Shown: positions 1-8,759 of the stretch, in pieces
How positions within the stretch are numbered: position 1 is the first letter of the stretch
How the letters are laid out: each line of letters starts with the position of its first letter
IMG/VR virus record: IMGVR_UViG_3300020151_001109
Coordinates: 1 to 64,000 of that record
DNA: 64,000 nucleotides
Direction: 5' to 3' (one strand)
Origin: a virus
Lineage: Duplodnaviria; Caudoviricetes
The notes under the pieces: generated by a model
The model's input: the letters and a program-made list of their open reading frames with translations, nothing else
What the model was told of the DNA's origin: nothing
Database searches by the model: none
Made by a program: the position numbers and the translations under genes

Positions 1-54
1 AAGTAAATAAAAAAGCTAAGGTTATTGAAAGACCCCGAAGAGCTTATGGTAAAT

Positions 55-88
55 AAAAAAACCCCCGGCTATTAACCGGGGGCTTTTT
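55..88. terminator. Bidirectional intrinsic terminator
   Basis: A-tract, CCCCCGG-ctattaa-CCGGGGG hairpin (62-82), then T-tract. Lies below the stop of ORF 99..620(-) and after a possible + strand stop at 54-56. Confidence 0.8.
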
Positions 89-98
89 ACTTTACAAA

Positions 99-620
99 TT
101 AAATTTTAGGGAATTTTTCAAAAAACTCCTCATATCGTGAACCGTTGTCTTTTCCAGGATTTACCTTCCAAGAAGACCAGTCGCTTCCTTCATTAGTCAT
201 GTAGTAGGCAATCTGAGCGTTCTTTACCGGATCAAATAATTCCAGGTCATTCTTAAGTTCAAACTTCTCTCTTCTATCCTTTCCTAGGCTACCCAGCATA
301 TTGATCTGGAAAATCCCGTAAGAGTTATCTCCAGTGCTGAGGTCCCCGTTGTGGGCCTTTGGACGGCCATTTGACTCTTTCTTAGCGACTGCCCAAGCAA
401 TCCTAAGAGCTTGTCCCTTAAAACCTACCTCACTTAGGAGGCCCTTAAGGTCGTTGTCAGAGAGCTCTGTAGCTCCCCTATATAGATCTAACCCAGTTTT
501 TACTGGGGTAGCTGCCGTTACTGTGGAACCGTCTGATTCAGCTGCTATAGCTGGAGGGATCCACGGAAGTGCGGCGCATAATGCTAGTATTCCAATTTTC
601 TGTTTTGCATTAAAATTCAC
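99..620 (-). CDS. Secreted lysozyme-like/SLT lytic transglycosylase
   Basis: Signal-peptide-like N-terminus (basic, hydrophobic, AIA|AE). Catalytic-type motifs AVAKKES and SYGIFQIN, and WSSW near the C-terminus. AGGAG SD before the GTG start. Confidence 0.8.
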   Translation of the reverse strand: MNFNAKQKIGILALCAALPWIPPAIAAESDGSTVTAATPVKTGLDLYRGATELSDNDLKGLLSEVGFKGQALRIAWAVAKKESNGRPKAHNGDLSTGDNSYGIFQINMLGSLGKDRREKFELKNDLELFDPVKNAQIAYYMTNEGSDWSSWKVNPGKDNGSRYEEFFEKFPKI

Positions 621-757
621 ACTATCTCCTAGGCTAGAAGGCCAGTTCTTACTTTACGCGCCTGTCACCCGCATAAAGCAATCCGGCCTATGTCTGCCAG
701 ATTCGTACTGCAACCCTTTTGTTACGTAGTTAGTGATGGCCCAGTTGCCTGAGCCAT
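621..757 (-). ncRNA. Structured 5' leader, candidate cis-regulatory RNA/riboswitch
   Basis: Three hairpins (736-757 with a GCAA tetraloop; 680-703; 651-679), plus a possible closing stem that competes with an SD-sequestering hairpin. Confidence 0.55.
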
Positions 758-763
758 GGATAT

Positions 764-793
764 ACCGTAGCAGTAACTACAGGGGGTCTGCAA
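764..793 (-). promoter_or_regulatory. Sigma70/HrdB-type promoter for the transglycosylase
   Basis: TTGCAG-N18-TACGGT with an extended TG. The predicted TSS (~757) coincides with the 5' end of the first hairpin. Confidence 0.6.
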
Positions 794-839
794 CCGGGAA
801 TGTGCGGTAAACTTATGTTTCATTGAAAGGCGGTAAAAG

Positions 840-1139
840 ATGGCAAAATGTGCAATTTGTGGTAATGAAGCCCAATTTAAGTTCAATAACCCGGGAGCAG
901 AGGTTCAATACTTCTGCATAGACAATCTGCCTTGGTTTGTAAACACTAGTTTTCTACCCCCACATGTAGAAGTTTTAAATAAATCAAAACCTACGGGAGG
1001 AGCTAAAAATGAGAGTCGAAAGAATAGCGACAAAACAGATACACCCAGTTCCGAACAAAGTGCACCAGCCTCGGGGCCCCTTCCCACCGGAAGTACTGGC
1101 GGAACCGAAGATAGTGTGGGACTACCAGAGACAGCCTGA
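840..1139 (+). CDS. Hypothetical protein (N-terminal CxxC)
   Basis: SD AAAGGCGG and upstream -10-like TAAACT (808-813). The C-terminal part overlaps the next gene. Confidence 0.55.
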   Translation: MAKCAICGNEAQFKFNNPGAEVQYFCIDNLPWFVNTSFLPPHVEVLNKSKPTGGAKNESRKNSDKTDTPSSEQSAPASGPLPTGSTGGTEDSVGLPETA

Positions 1140-1272
1140 AGACGGCGGGGATGACGTCCCTGTTGAGGGCACAGCTCAAAACAACTTTAAAGCAACAAAA
1201 TGGTTTAGATGCAATGACTGTTCAACCCTTGTTTCTGAAGCACAGTTAGAAACCCACACCTGCGAGGAGTAA
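1009..1272 (+). CDS. Hypothetical zinc-finger protein
   Basis: Strong SD GGAGGAG; C-terminal CNDC...HTC. Confidence 0.7.
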   Translation: MRVERIATKQIHPVPNKVHQPRGPFPPEVLAEPKIVWDYQRQPEDGGDDVPVEGTAQNNFKATKWFRCNDCSTLVSEAQLETHTCEE

Positions 1273-1278
1273 ACCCAT

Positions 1279-1911
1279 ATGTCTGAGTCCTTAGCGGAAC
1301 AATACAGAAAAATTATGGCGGCTGAGCTAAGCCGCGGGTCAAAGCTAGGTGCGTCAGATCAAGCTCGAGCAGAACAGATATCAAGAAATAAACTTGTTTC
1401 TAGATCAGTAGAAGCCGATATTATAAAGGATCGGCAATACCTTAGAGAAGCAGACGAAGTATTTGGAACAACTCAACCAGGAATGCCTAATAACCTAGTT
1501 GACTACCGATATGACCTTAGGCAATACTACGGAGATTCTGGCGACTTAATAGAGCCTGAAGACGCAGATCTATACGGAATGGCTGACTTTAGTGGGCCGG
1601 ACATTGAAACCCCTACCTCAACGAGTAATCCAGACAGACCTAGAACTGTAGCTGCAGCTTACGATAAATCTAGAAAAGTTTTAACCATCGTGTTTAGCAC
1701 TGGCGTAATCTACAACTACTATGATGTGGAAGACGGAGAATGGGTAGACTTTAAAGGCCTACCTAGTAAGTGGGAATACATAAAGAACGTATTAGATAAT
1801 AAGCCTAGAGGCTACGCCGATAGGTCGCAAGTACCTCCTCAGCTACAGTTTGTAGCATTTAAGTCCTATAGAACCTCACAAATCGGCAAAGCAGTACGAA
1901 GGAAACGATAA
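1279..1911 (+). CDS. KTSC-domain protein
   Basis: AAAYDKSRKVLTIVFSTGVIYNYYDV...W..FK..PSK.EYI matches the KTSC pattern; SD GAGGAG. Confidence 0.7.
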   Translation: MSESLAEQYRKIMAAELSRGSKLGASDQARAEQISRNKLVSRSVEADIIKDRQYLREADEVFGTTQPGMPNNLVDYRYDLRQYYGDSGDLIEPEDADLYGMADFSGPDIETPTSTSNPDRPRTVAAAYDKSRKVLTIVFSTGVIYNYYDVEDGEWVDFKGLPSKWEYIKNVLDNKPRGYADRSQVPPQLQFVAFKSYRTSQIGKAVRRKR

Positions 1912-2216
1912 TGGCAAAGACTAAAGATGTCGGTGTTTTTTACTGGCATGGAATCACTTATTCATTTAAACCTAAAGAGTTAGTTGAAAAAGCTGAGACT
2001 CAAGAGATTGAGCACCCATTTAGGCACGGTAAGGGCATTGCACTACGCCTACCCCTAAGCCGGCGTGGTCTAGTTATTGGTAAGTGGAGCAGAACTGGCT
2101 TTACTGAAGGTGAAGCGCTAACCTATGCTATCAATGGACGCAGTCTGACCAAAGATGAGGTAGACTGGGACAATATAAGACTTGGGGCAGCGGATGATTC
2201 AAATAAAGTTCAGTAA
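1911..2216 (+). CDS. Hypothetical protein
   Basis: TAATG coupling to the upstream gene. Confidence 0.65.
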   Translation: MAKTKDVGVFYWHGITYSFKPKELVEKAETQEIEHPFRHGKGIALRLPLSRRGLVIGKWSRTGFTEGEALTYAINGRSLTKDEVDWDNIRLGAADDSNKVQ

Positions 2217-2442
2217 GAAAAAGTCAGCAAAGCGTGAGCTAACGCGTATCCAAAAACGAATTCAGCTCCTAAGTAACGATGATCTCCTTGCTTGGGCTGA
2301 AACCTCCGTTTATGATATAGCTAGAAACATGTCATCTTGGAAAAAACAAAAAAACATCTTTTACTTAGATGAGGCTAAACTGGCCGCAGAAGTACTTTTT
2401 GAAGCATTAGAAGTAGTACATCGGAGAGAGAATGTCAAGTGA
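2194..2442 (+). CDS. Hypothetical helical protein upstream of the terminase
   Basis: ATG at 2194 after GGGGCAGCGG; overlaps the terL start. Confidence 0.6.
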   Translation: MIQIKFSKKKSAKRELTRIQKRIQLLSNDDLLAWAETSVYDIARNMSSWKKQKNIFYLDEAKLAAEVLFEALEVVHRRENVK

Positions 2443-4129
2443 AGATTCATACGTCCCTACCGAACTTGCTGACGAGTATATAGAAGACTTTCTTGACGAA
2501 GAGGATGAAGACGAACTTGAAGAGTTTGAAGAAGACGAAGAAGTTGAAGAAACTGGCGATCAGTATTCTTATAATAATCCTAGCAACGATTTTACTCCCC
2601 TTAGCGACGAAGACCTTGAAAACGAAGATGATGGGTTGGATGAGCTCTCTAGAGAATTCGTTGCATCACTTGTAGATAAAATCATGTCTTTTATGAAGTT
2701 GCTGGTCGGACACGATCTGCACCCATATCAAAAGCCATTAGCTAGAAGAATTATTGAATCTGTAATCATTAATGACGGCGAAGAAATAACCGCCTTAGCA
2801 TCACGTCAGTCTGGAAAGTCTGAGACTGTTGCTGATACCGTTGCCACCTTAATGGTCATATTACCTAGACTAGCTAAGATGTACCCAGATCTATTAGGCA
2901 AGTTTGGTGATGGAATTTGGGTAGGTATGTTCGCCCCTGTTCAAGCACAGGCAGAAACCCTATACTCAAGAACCGTATCTAGACTTACGAGTGAGCATGC
3001 TTTAGATATTTTGGGTGACCCAGAAATTGACGACTTTACAGCAAAAAGCCCTGGAGTTACTAGAAACATCAAACTAAAGAACTCAGGATCTACCCTGATG
3101 ATGATGACAGCAAACCCAAGAGCTAAGATTGAATCTAAGTCTTTCCACCTCATGATTATTGATGAGTGTCAAGAAGCTGACGACTTTATTGTGGCTAAGT
3201 CTATTTCTCCTATGGGAGCTTACTACAACGCCACTATGGTGAAGACAGGCACACCAACTAACACTAAGAATAACTTTTACCGAGCTATCCAACTAAACAA
3301 GCGTAGGCAGACCGGTCGTAATGGAAAGCAGAACCATTTCCAATGGGACTGGAAAGATGTTGCTAAGTTCAACGTTAACTATGAGAAGTTTATCCGTAAA
3401 GAGATGCTACGCGTTGGTGAGGAATCTGATGAGTTTCAGATGTCATACAACTGCAAGTGGCTCCTAGAGCGAGGAATGTTTGTAACCTCTACGGTTATGG
3501 ATGACTTGGGGGATACCTCTCAAGAAGTTCAAAAGTCATACCATATGTCACCAGTTGTGGTGGGTATCGATCCTGCCCGTAAAATGGACTCCACGGTTGT
3601 TACTGTCGTTTGGGTTGACTGGGATCGACCAGATGAGTTTGGTTACTACGACCATAGAATCCTAAACTGGTTAGAAATCCAGGGAGATGACTGGGAAGAG
3701 CAGTATTTTCAAATTGTAAATTTCTTAGGAAACTATGACGTTTATGCGGTTGCTGTAGATGCTAACGGTGTCGGTGATGCTGTAGCCCAACGGCTTAAGA
3801 TGCTATTACCTAGAGCGGAGGTAATCTCTGTAACTTCTAGCCCAACAGAGCAATCTAAGCGCTGGAAGCACATGCAAGCCCTAATTCAAAGACAACTTAT
3901 TTCCTGGCCAGCTCACGCTAAAACTAGAAGACTTCGTACTTGGAAGCGTTTCTACCAACAAATGGTGGACGCTGAAGTTCAGTATAAAGGCCCTAACTTT
4001 TTGGTAGCTGCCCCAGATGAGGCCCATGCCCACGATGACTTTGTAGACTCCTTGGCCCTGGCCTGTTCCCTAACTCAAGAGTTAGTTATGCCTACTGTAG
4101 AAGTAAGCTCATCCCCGTTTTTTAAGTAA
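2432..4129 (+). CDS. terL: Terminase large subunit
   Basis: Walker A ASRQSGKS, Walker B IIDECQ, nuclease motifs VGIDPAR, VDANGVG and HDDFVDS; acidic N-terminal extension. Confidence 0.93.
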   Translation: MSSEDSYVPTELADEYIEDFLDEEDEDELEEFEEDEEVEETGDQYSYNNPSNDFTPLSDEDLENEDDGLDELSREFVASLVDKIMSFMKLLVGHDLHPYQKPLARRIIESVIINDGEEITALASRQSGKSETVADTVATLMVILPRLAKMYPDLLGKFGDGIWVGMFAPVQAQAETLYSRTVSRLTSEHALDILGDPEIDDFTAKSPGVTRNIKLKNSGSTLMMMTANPRAKIESKSFHLMIIDECQEADDFIVAKSISPMGAYYNATMVKTGTPTNTKNNFYRAIQLNKRRQTGRNGKQNHFQWDWKDVAKFNVNYEKFIRKEMLRVGEESDEFQMSYNCKWLLERGMFVTSTVMDDLGDTSQEVQKSYHMSPVVVGIDPARKMDSTVVTVVWVDWDRPDEFGYYDHRILNWLEIQGDDWEEQYFQIVNFLGNYDVYAVAVDANGVGDAVAQRLKMLLPRAEVISVTSSPTEQSKRWKHMQALIQRQLISWPAHAKTRRLRTWKRFYQQMVDAEVQYKGPNFLVAAPDEAHAHDDFVDSLALACSLTQELVMPTVEVSSSPFFK

Positions 4130-4139
4130 ATCTATATCC

Positions 4140-4175
4140 GTTTAGGGAAACAAAACCTTAATTTAGGTGGAGACT
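4140..4175 (+). promoter_or_regulatory. Putative late promoter (GTTTAGG-N23-GAGACT)
   Basis: Member of the repeated fixed-spacing promoter motif (see findings). Confidence 0.55.
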
Positions 4176-4216
4176 ATTCCCGAGGACCTCAATCCACACC
4201 TATAGGAGAAAAAAAC

Positions 4217-4624
4217 ATGGCAGAATCAACAATTGCGCCTAACCCAGGATTCCCTGAAAGAGTCGGTGCTTCTTACGAGCGTAAGATGTCACCAGCTTCT
4301 GCAGGACTTCGCGGACCACTTCGTTTCGAAGAGGGCGTTGCAACAGACACCGATGTTCCAGAAGAATTTCAAAATGGAATTAATCAGGGGTATAACACCC
4401 CAGCAGGTCGTCCGAACCACAATGAAGCTGTGCACACAAAGCCAGCAGAAGAGACAATGGGCGAGCGCGCTCATGTCGGTTCAGCAGCCTGGGTAGAAGC
4501 ACCTACATATATCTCAGAGTATGAAAACGGTAATTTTCAAGATTACGCGGAAGCAAGCTTTGAGGAAGTGTTCCGTACAGGATCACGCTACCAACGTGCT
4601 AACCCGGCTCGAGTTAACGACTAA
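4217..4624 (+). CDS. Hypothetical (probable virion) protein
   Basis: SD AGGAG; lies between terminase and portal. Confidence 0.7.
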   Translation: MAESTIAPNPGFPERVGASYERKMSPASAGLRGPLRFEEGVATDTDVPEEFQNGINQGYNTPAGRPNHNEAVHTKPAEETMGERAHVGSAAWVEAPTYISEYENGNFQDYAEASFEEVFRTGSRYQRANPARVND

Positions 4625-4636
4625 GTAAGATACACT

Positions 4637-4687
4637 TAGGTGGGTACCCGACTTTGTACCCCTTCTCCGAAGTCGGGCACCCCCTTA
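4637..4687 (+). ncRNA. Hairpin with anti-SD-like loop (UACCCCUUCUC)
   Basis: 10-bp stem 4647-4656/4668-4677 with an extended lower stem; -10-like TACACT at 4631-4636 just upstream. Confidence 0.45.
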
Positions 4688-4706
4688 TCTTTATTTAGGA
4701 GCTTAA

Positions 4707-4976
4707 ATGGCTAAAGTTGCTGAAAACCAAAAATTGTGGAACAGCATAATGCGTCAGGCAAAAAGCAAGTATCCACCAAGAAGTCCAATGGCTACAACAT
4801 CATTTGCAGCTAATAAGTGGGCATCAGAAGAATATTCTAGACAAGGTGGACAATGGGTATCTTCGAAATCAGAAGTACCAACTAAATTTAGAGATTTAAA
4901 AACTGAAGAACAAAAAAAGAAAAAAGCTAAGATTGCAAAGGTCAAACGAGATAAGAAAAATGAAGGGTTAGTTTAA
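4707..4976 (+). CDS. Small basic hypothetical protein
   Basis: SD AGGAG; Lys-rich C-terminus. Confidence 0.7.
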   Translation: MAKVAENQKLWNSIMRQAKSKYPPRSPMATTSFAANKWASEEYSRQGGQWVSSKSEVPTKFRDLKTEEQKKKKAKIAKVKRDKKNEGLV

Positions 4977-4979
4977 TAC

Positions 4980-6689
4980 ATGAGTATTGATTTTAGTCCT
5001 CCGAGTTATAGGGCAGCGTCGTCTGACTTAACTATATCCATTTCACCACTAGGTCTTGTAGAACTTGCAGATGAAGAGTTTGAAGTCCACGGTCCACGAC
5101 TAAATCGTTATTCATTAAACTGGGCTATGTACCTAGGCCATCACTGGCCATATCGACGTGAGCTTGGTGAAGCTCAAATGGTTTACAACTATTACCGAGC
5201 ATTTACAGATTATTTAATTAACTTTACTTTTGGTCGAGGCGCAACATTTCGCAGCCCACATGCGACCGAAGCAATTATTCCAGACATCCTAAAGCGAGTT
5301 TGGGAAACAGATAATGATAAGCATGGCGTTCTTTGGGAAATGGGCCAGCAAGGCGGCGTATCAGGAGACTGCTTTGTTAAAGTAGCCTATGAAGAGGCTT
5401 ATGAAGATCCATCAGGTCGTAAACACCCTGGACGAGTAAGAATTCTGCCACTAAACGCATCATTCTGCTTCCCTGAATTTCACCCACACGACCGTTCTAG
5501 ACTTATTCGTTTTAAGCTTAAGTACCGCTTCTGGGGTACCTCCCTAGAGGGAACACGTCAAGTTTATACATATACAGAAATCTTGACTGACGACCGAATT
5601 GAAGAATACATCAACGATGAGCTAATTGACTCTCGACCAAACCCAATCGGCTTAGTACCGATCATTCATATTCCAAATGTAAGAGTTTCCGGATCCCCAT
5701 GGGGGCTTTCTGATTGTCACGACTTAATTGTTCTTAATCGTAATTATAACGAAGTAGCTACAGATATAGCAGACATCATTAACTACCATGCGGCACCCGT
5801 TACAGTTATCACCGGTGCTAAGGCCTCTTCCCTTGAAAAAGGTCCGAAGAAGGTCTGGGGCGGGCTACCAAAAGACGCTCAAGTCTTTAATCTAGAAGGC
5901 GGAGGCGCAGGACTTGACGGCGCCATGCGTTATCTAGAAATGATCAAAAGAGCTATGCATGAAATGATTGGTATCCCAGAAACAGCTTTGGGCCAGATCC
6001 AACCTATTTCTAATACTTCAGGAACAGCACTAGCAATTCAATTCCAGCCTTTGATGAACCGTTACCAACAGAAGATTGTTCAATACGGTGAGGGGCTTCG
6101 TCGAATTAACGAACTAGTCCTTCTTACGATTTCTTTAAAAGAACCAGAACTACTTACCTACAATCCAGATGTTAATGGGCCTATCCGTGGGGATCAATAC
6201 CCAGTACTTAATCCAGATGATTCAATGACCTATGAGAGCATTGTTCACTTCCCACAACCTCTACCACTAGACAAGCTGATCGTATTAAATGAGATTCAGA
6301 CTAAGATGTCTATGAACCTAGAAAGCCGTCAAGGAGCGCTAAGAACCCTAGGCGAAGAATTCCCGGCTGAAAAACTTGAAGAAATTCGTGTAGAACTTAT
6401 AGAGGACGCTAAGTCAGACGGCGCACTAAACCTCTTTAAGTCTCAAATAAACTCTGCTATTGCATCCCTTACTGGGCTCCTTCCAGATGGTGGGGGAGAA
6501 CTTCCACCAGGAGCTGACCCAGGCGATGGAACAGGCCCAGGACCTACGGGTCAACCTGGAATTGTCACCCCATTTGAGGCTCAGACAATCGAGCAGATGC
6601 AAACAGAACTCGTCACCAAAGCCTATGGAACTAAGCTTCCATCTCGTAAGGGCGTAGATGACGATAACAAATACCCTGGAGCAGGGTAA
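4980..6689 (+). CDS. Portal protein (SPP1 gp6-like)
   Basis: Size and position; motifs NPIGLVPIIHIPN, WGLSD and SNTSGTAL. Confidence 0.88.
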   Translation: MSIDFSPPSYRAASSDLTISISPLGLVELADEEFEVHGPRLNRYSLNWAMYLGHHWPYRRELGEAQMVYNYYRAFTDYLINFTFGRGATFRSPHATEAIIPDILKRVWETDNDKHGVLWEMGQQGGVSGDCFVKVAYEEAYEDPSGRKHPGRVRILPLNASFCFPEFHPHDRSRLIRFKLKYRFWGTSLEGTRQVYTYTEILTDDRIEEYINDELIDSRPNPIGLVPIIHIPNVRVSGSPWGLSDCHDLIVLNRNYNEVATDIADIINYHAAPVTVITGAKASSLEKGPKKVWGGLPKDAQVFNLEGGGAGLDGAMRYLEMIKRAMHEMIGIPETALGQIQPISNTSGTALAIQFQPLMNRYQQKIVQYGEGLRRINELVLLTISLKEPELLTYNPDVNGPIRGDQYPVLNPDDSMTYESIVHFPQPLPLDKLIVLNEIQTKMSMNLESRQGALRTLGEEFPAEKLEEIRVELIEDAKSDGALNLFKSQINSAIASLTGLLPDGGGELPPGADPGDGTGPGPTGQPGIVTPFEAQTIEQMQTELVTKAYGTKLPSRKGVDDDNKYPGAG

Positions 6690-6693
6690 CTCA

Positions 6694-6729
6694 GTTTAGG
6701 CTGACAAACTACGCAATATTTGTCAGGCT
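6694..6729 (+). promoter_or_regulatory. Putative late promoter (GTTTAGGCTGACAAA...CAGGCT)
   Basis: Same motif and 23-nt spacing as at 4140. Confidence 0.55.
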
Positions 6730-6803
6730 ATACACACTAAAAAAATCCGCAGGTCATCGTGGCACTAATTCGGACAACGACCTCTTACACCTAAGGAATA
6801 ATC

Positions 6804-7568
6804 ATGTCAGAAACAACCGAAATCGTTGGTTCAGCAATTGCGCAGGAAGCTTTCTTGCAAGATGTGCCTACACCAACAGAAAACCTCGTTACACCCATCC
6901 AATCGCAGTCTCCTAAATCTTATTCGGAAGAAGATCTAAAAAAGGTACGTGAGCAAGAGAAATCGAAGCTCTACCCTCAGATAGATTCTCTTAAGGAAGA
7001 ACTTACTGTTCTGAAGAAGGAGCGCGAAGAACGACTCGCAGAAGCTGACAAACTTCGTGCAGAGCAAGAAGCTGATAACCGTAAAAAGGCAGAGGCTGAG
7101 ATGGATGTCCGTCAACTTCTTGAATCTAAAGAAAAAGAGTGGGCGGAGAAACTAGAAGCTGAACGTTTAGAGCGTGAAAAAGCTTTTCTCCTTCTTGAAC
7201 GTGAACGCCAATACTCAGAACTAAACGAGTATCGGAACACACGCGTCTCACAGGAACAGGATAATATTCTTCCTGAGTTACTTGATCTTATTTCAGGTAA
7301 CAACGTTGAGGAGATTGAGTCTAGCATTTCAGGCCTTAAGGAGCGATCAACTCGCATTCTTGACTCTACACAGGCAGCTACGCAAAGTTTGCGTAGAGAG
7401 ATGGCAGGAACAAGAACTACGTTGCCTCCAACTCTAGACACAAGTGCAGATCAACAACAGTTTACGGCAGAACAAATTGCCAATATGTCTGTTGCTGAGT
7501 ATGCGAAATATCGCGGAAAGTTGCTCGGAAACGCAGCAGCTAGCAGTGGCAAGGGAATTTTCGGGTAG
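6804..7568 (+). CDS. Capsid scaffolding protein
   Basis: Charged coiled coil ending in a MSVAEYAKYR-type helix; directly precedes the major capsid gene. Confidence 0.8.
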   Translation: MSETTEIVGSAIAQEAFLQDVPTPTENLVTPIQSQSPKSYSEEDLKKVREQEKSKLYPQIDSLKEELTVLKKEREERLAEADKLRAEQEADNRKKAEAEMDVRQLLESKEKEWAEKLEAERLEREKAFLLLERERQYSELNEYRNTRVSQEQDNILPELLDLISGNNVEEIESSISGLKERSTRILDSTQAATQSLRREMAGTRTTLPPTLDTSADQQQFTAEQIANMSVAEYAKYRGKLLGNAAASSGKGIFG

Positions 7569-7612
7569 TAATACCACAATCTATTCATCAATGACTAAGG
7601 AGTAACACCAAC

Positions 7613-8689
7613 ATGGCATCAGCCGTAACCGGTACCGGCAATTTAGCCGCAGCCCCAACAGCGTACTCTGGCGCTAACAGCCAGCTTACACAAGCAATTC
7701 AGACCATCTGGTCAAAGGAAATCCTTTTCCAGTCAATGCCAATTCTTCGCTTCGAACAGTTCGCTGTTAAGAAGACAGAACTAGGTGTTGCACCAGGTCT
7801 ACAGATCAACTTTATGCGTTACAACAACCTCGGCTTCGCGGGTTCACTCGTTGAAGGTGTTCGTATGTCAACTAACGCACTAACAGCTCAACAGTTCTCA
7901 ATCACAGTTGCAGAGCATGGCTATGCAATTGCTGTATCTGAGCTTCTATTGAACGCTTCATTCGATGACGTAATGGCTTCAGCCTCACGTCTTCTAGGCC
8001 GCAACATGGCCCTTTATCTAGATGGTCAGGCTCGTGACACACTCATGGCCGCATCTTCAGTTATCTACGGCTACGACCGCTCAGGTCTTTCAGCTGCTAA
8101 TGACTGGTACGGAACAGGTACAGCAGGCACAAGCCGTGCATCCCTAACAGGTGCATTTGATCTTACAACTGGCGTTGTTAAGGATGCAGTAGAAACACTT
8201 GCAACCAAGAACATCCCTCGCCTAGGTGAGACATATGTTGCTTTCATTCACCCACACCAAAGCCGTAAGCTTCGTGACAACCCAGAATTTATTGAAGTTA
8301 CAAAGTACGCAGCTCCAGGTAACTTCATGCTAGGTGAAATTGGTCGTCTATACGACACAGTATTCATCGAAACAACACAGATCCAAAAGGTAACAAATGG
8401 TGCAGGTTCAGGCTACTCAGCTGATACAGCTGTAGCTGCAAACGCAATTTCTTACCCAACTGGCGGAGGTTATACTTCTCCAGTAACAAAGACCGGTAAC
8501 GGTAACAAGGACCGCTATACAGCTATCTTCATTGGAGATAACGCATTCGGTCACGCAATTTCTCTTCCAGTTGAGCTCCGCGATGGCGGTATCCTTGACT
8601 TCGGACGTGAGCATGCGCTTGCTTGGTACGCTATTTACGGTCTTGGTCTTATTACAGATCAGTCTGTAGTTCTAGCAGAAACCAACTAA
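7613..8689 (+). CDS. Major capsid protein (N4-gp56-like family)
   Basis: 358 aa with IHPHQ, GEIGRLY and DFGREH..AWY motifs; strong SD and highly expressed codon style. Confidence 0.9.
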   Translation: MASAVTGTGNLAAAPTAYSGANSQLTQAIQTIWSKEILFQSMPILRFEQFAVKKTELGVAPGLQINFMRYNNLGFAGSLVEGVRMSTNALTAQQFSITVAEHGYAIAVSELLLNASFDDVMASASRLLGRNMALYLDGQARDTLMAASSVIYGYDRSGLSAANDWYGTGTAGTSRASLTGAFDLTTGVVKDAVETLATKNIPRLGETYVAFIHPHQSRKLRDNPEFIEVTKYAAPGNFMLGEIGRLYDTVFIETTQIQKVTNGAGSGYSADTAVAANAISYPTGGGYTSPVTKTGNGNKDRYTAIFIGDNAFGHAISLPVELRDGGILDFGREHALAWYAIYGLGLITDQSVVLAETN

Positions 8690-8697
8690 TTTAACCC

Positions 8698-8734
8698 GTT
8701 AGGGGGGCTGGGCCTAAAAATCCAGCCCCTCAAC
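8698..8734 (+). terminator. GC-rich hairpin after the capsid gene (terminator or stabiliser)
   Basis: GGGGCTGG/CCAGCCCC stem with no U-tract. Confidence 0.45.
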
Positions 8735-8759
8735 ACAAACTTACAGGAGAATAATAATC

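Noticed and set aside
1-56. 3' end of a plus-strand gene (VNKKAKVIERPRRAYGK*)
   Set aside because: It is plausible given the terminator, but too short to support a call.
334-729. 131-aa plus-strand ORF opposite the transglycosylase
   Set aside because: It is antisense to a well-supported gene and its leader, with no SD or recognisable motif.
621-757. c-di-AMP (ydaO) or c-di-GMP riboswitch assignment
   Set aside because: The gene context fits, but I could not find the consensus segments, so it is left as an unclassified structured leader.
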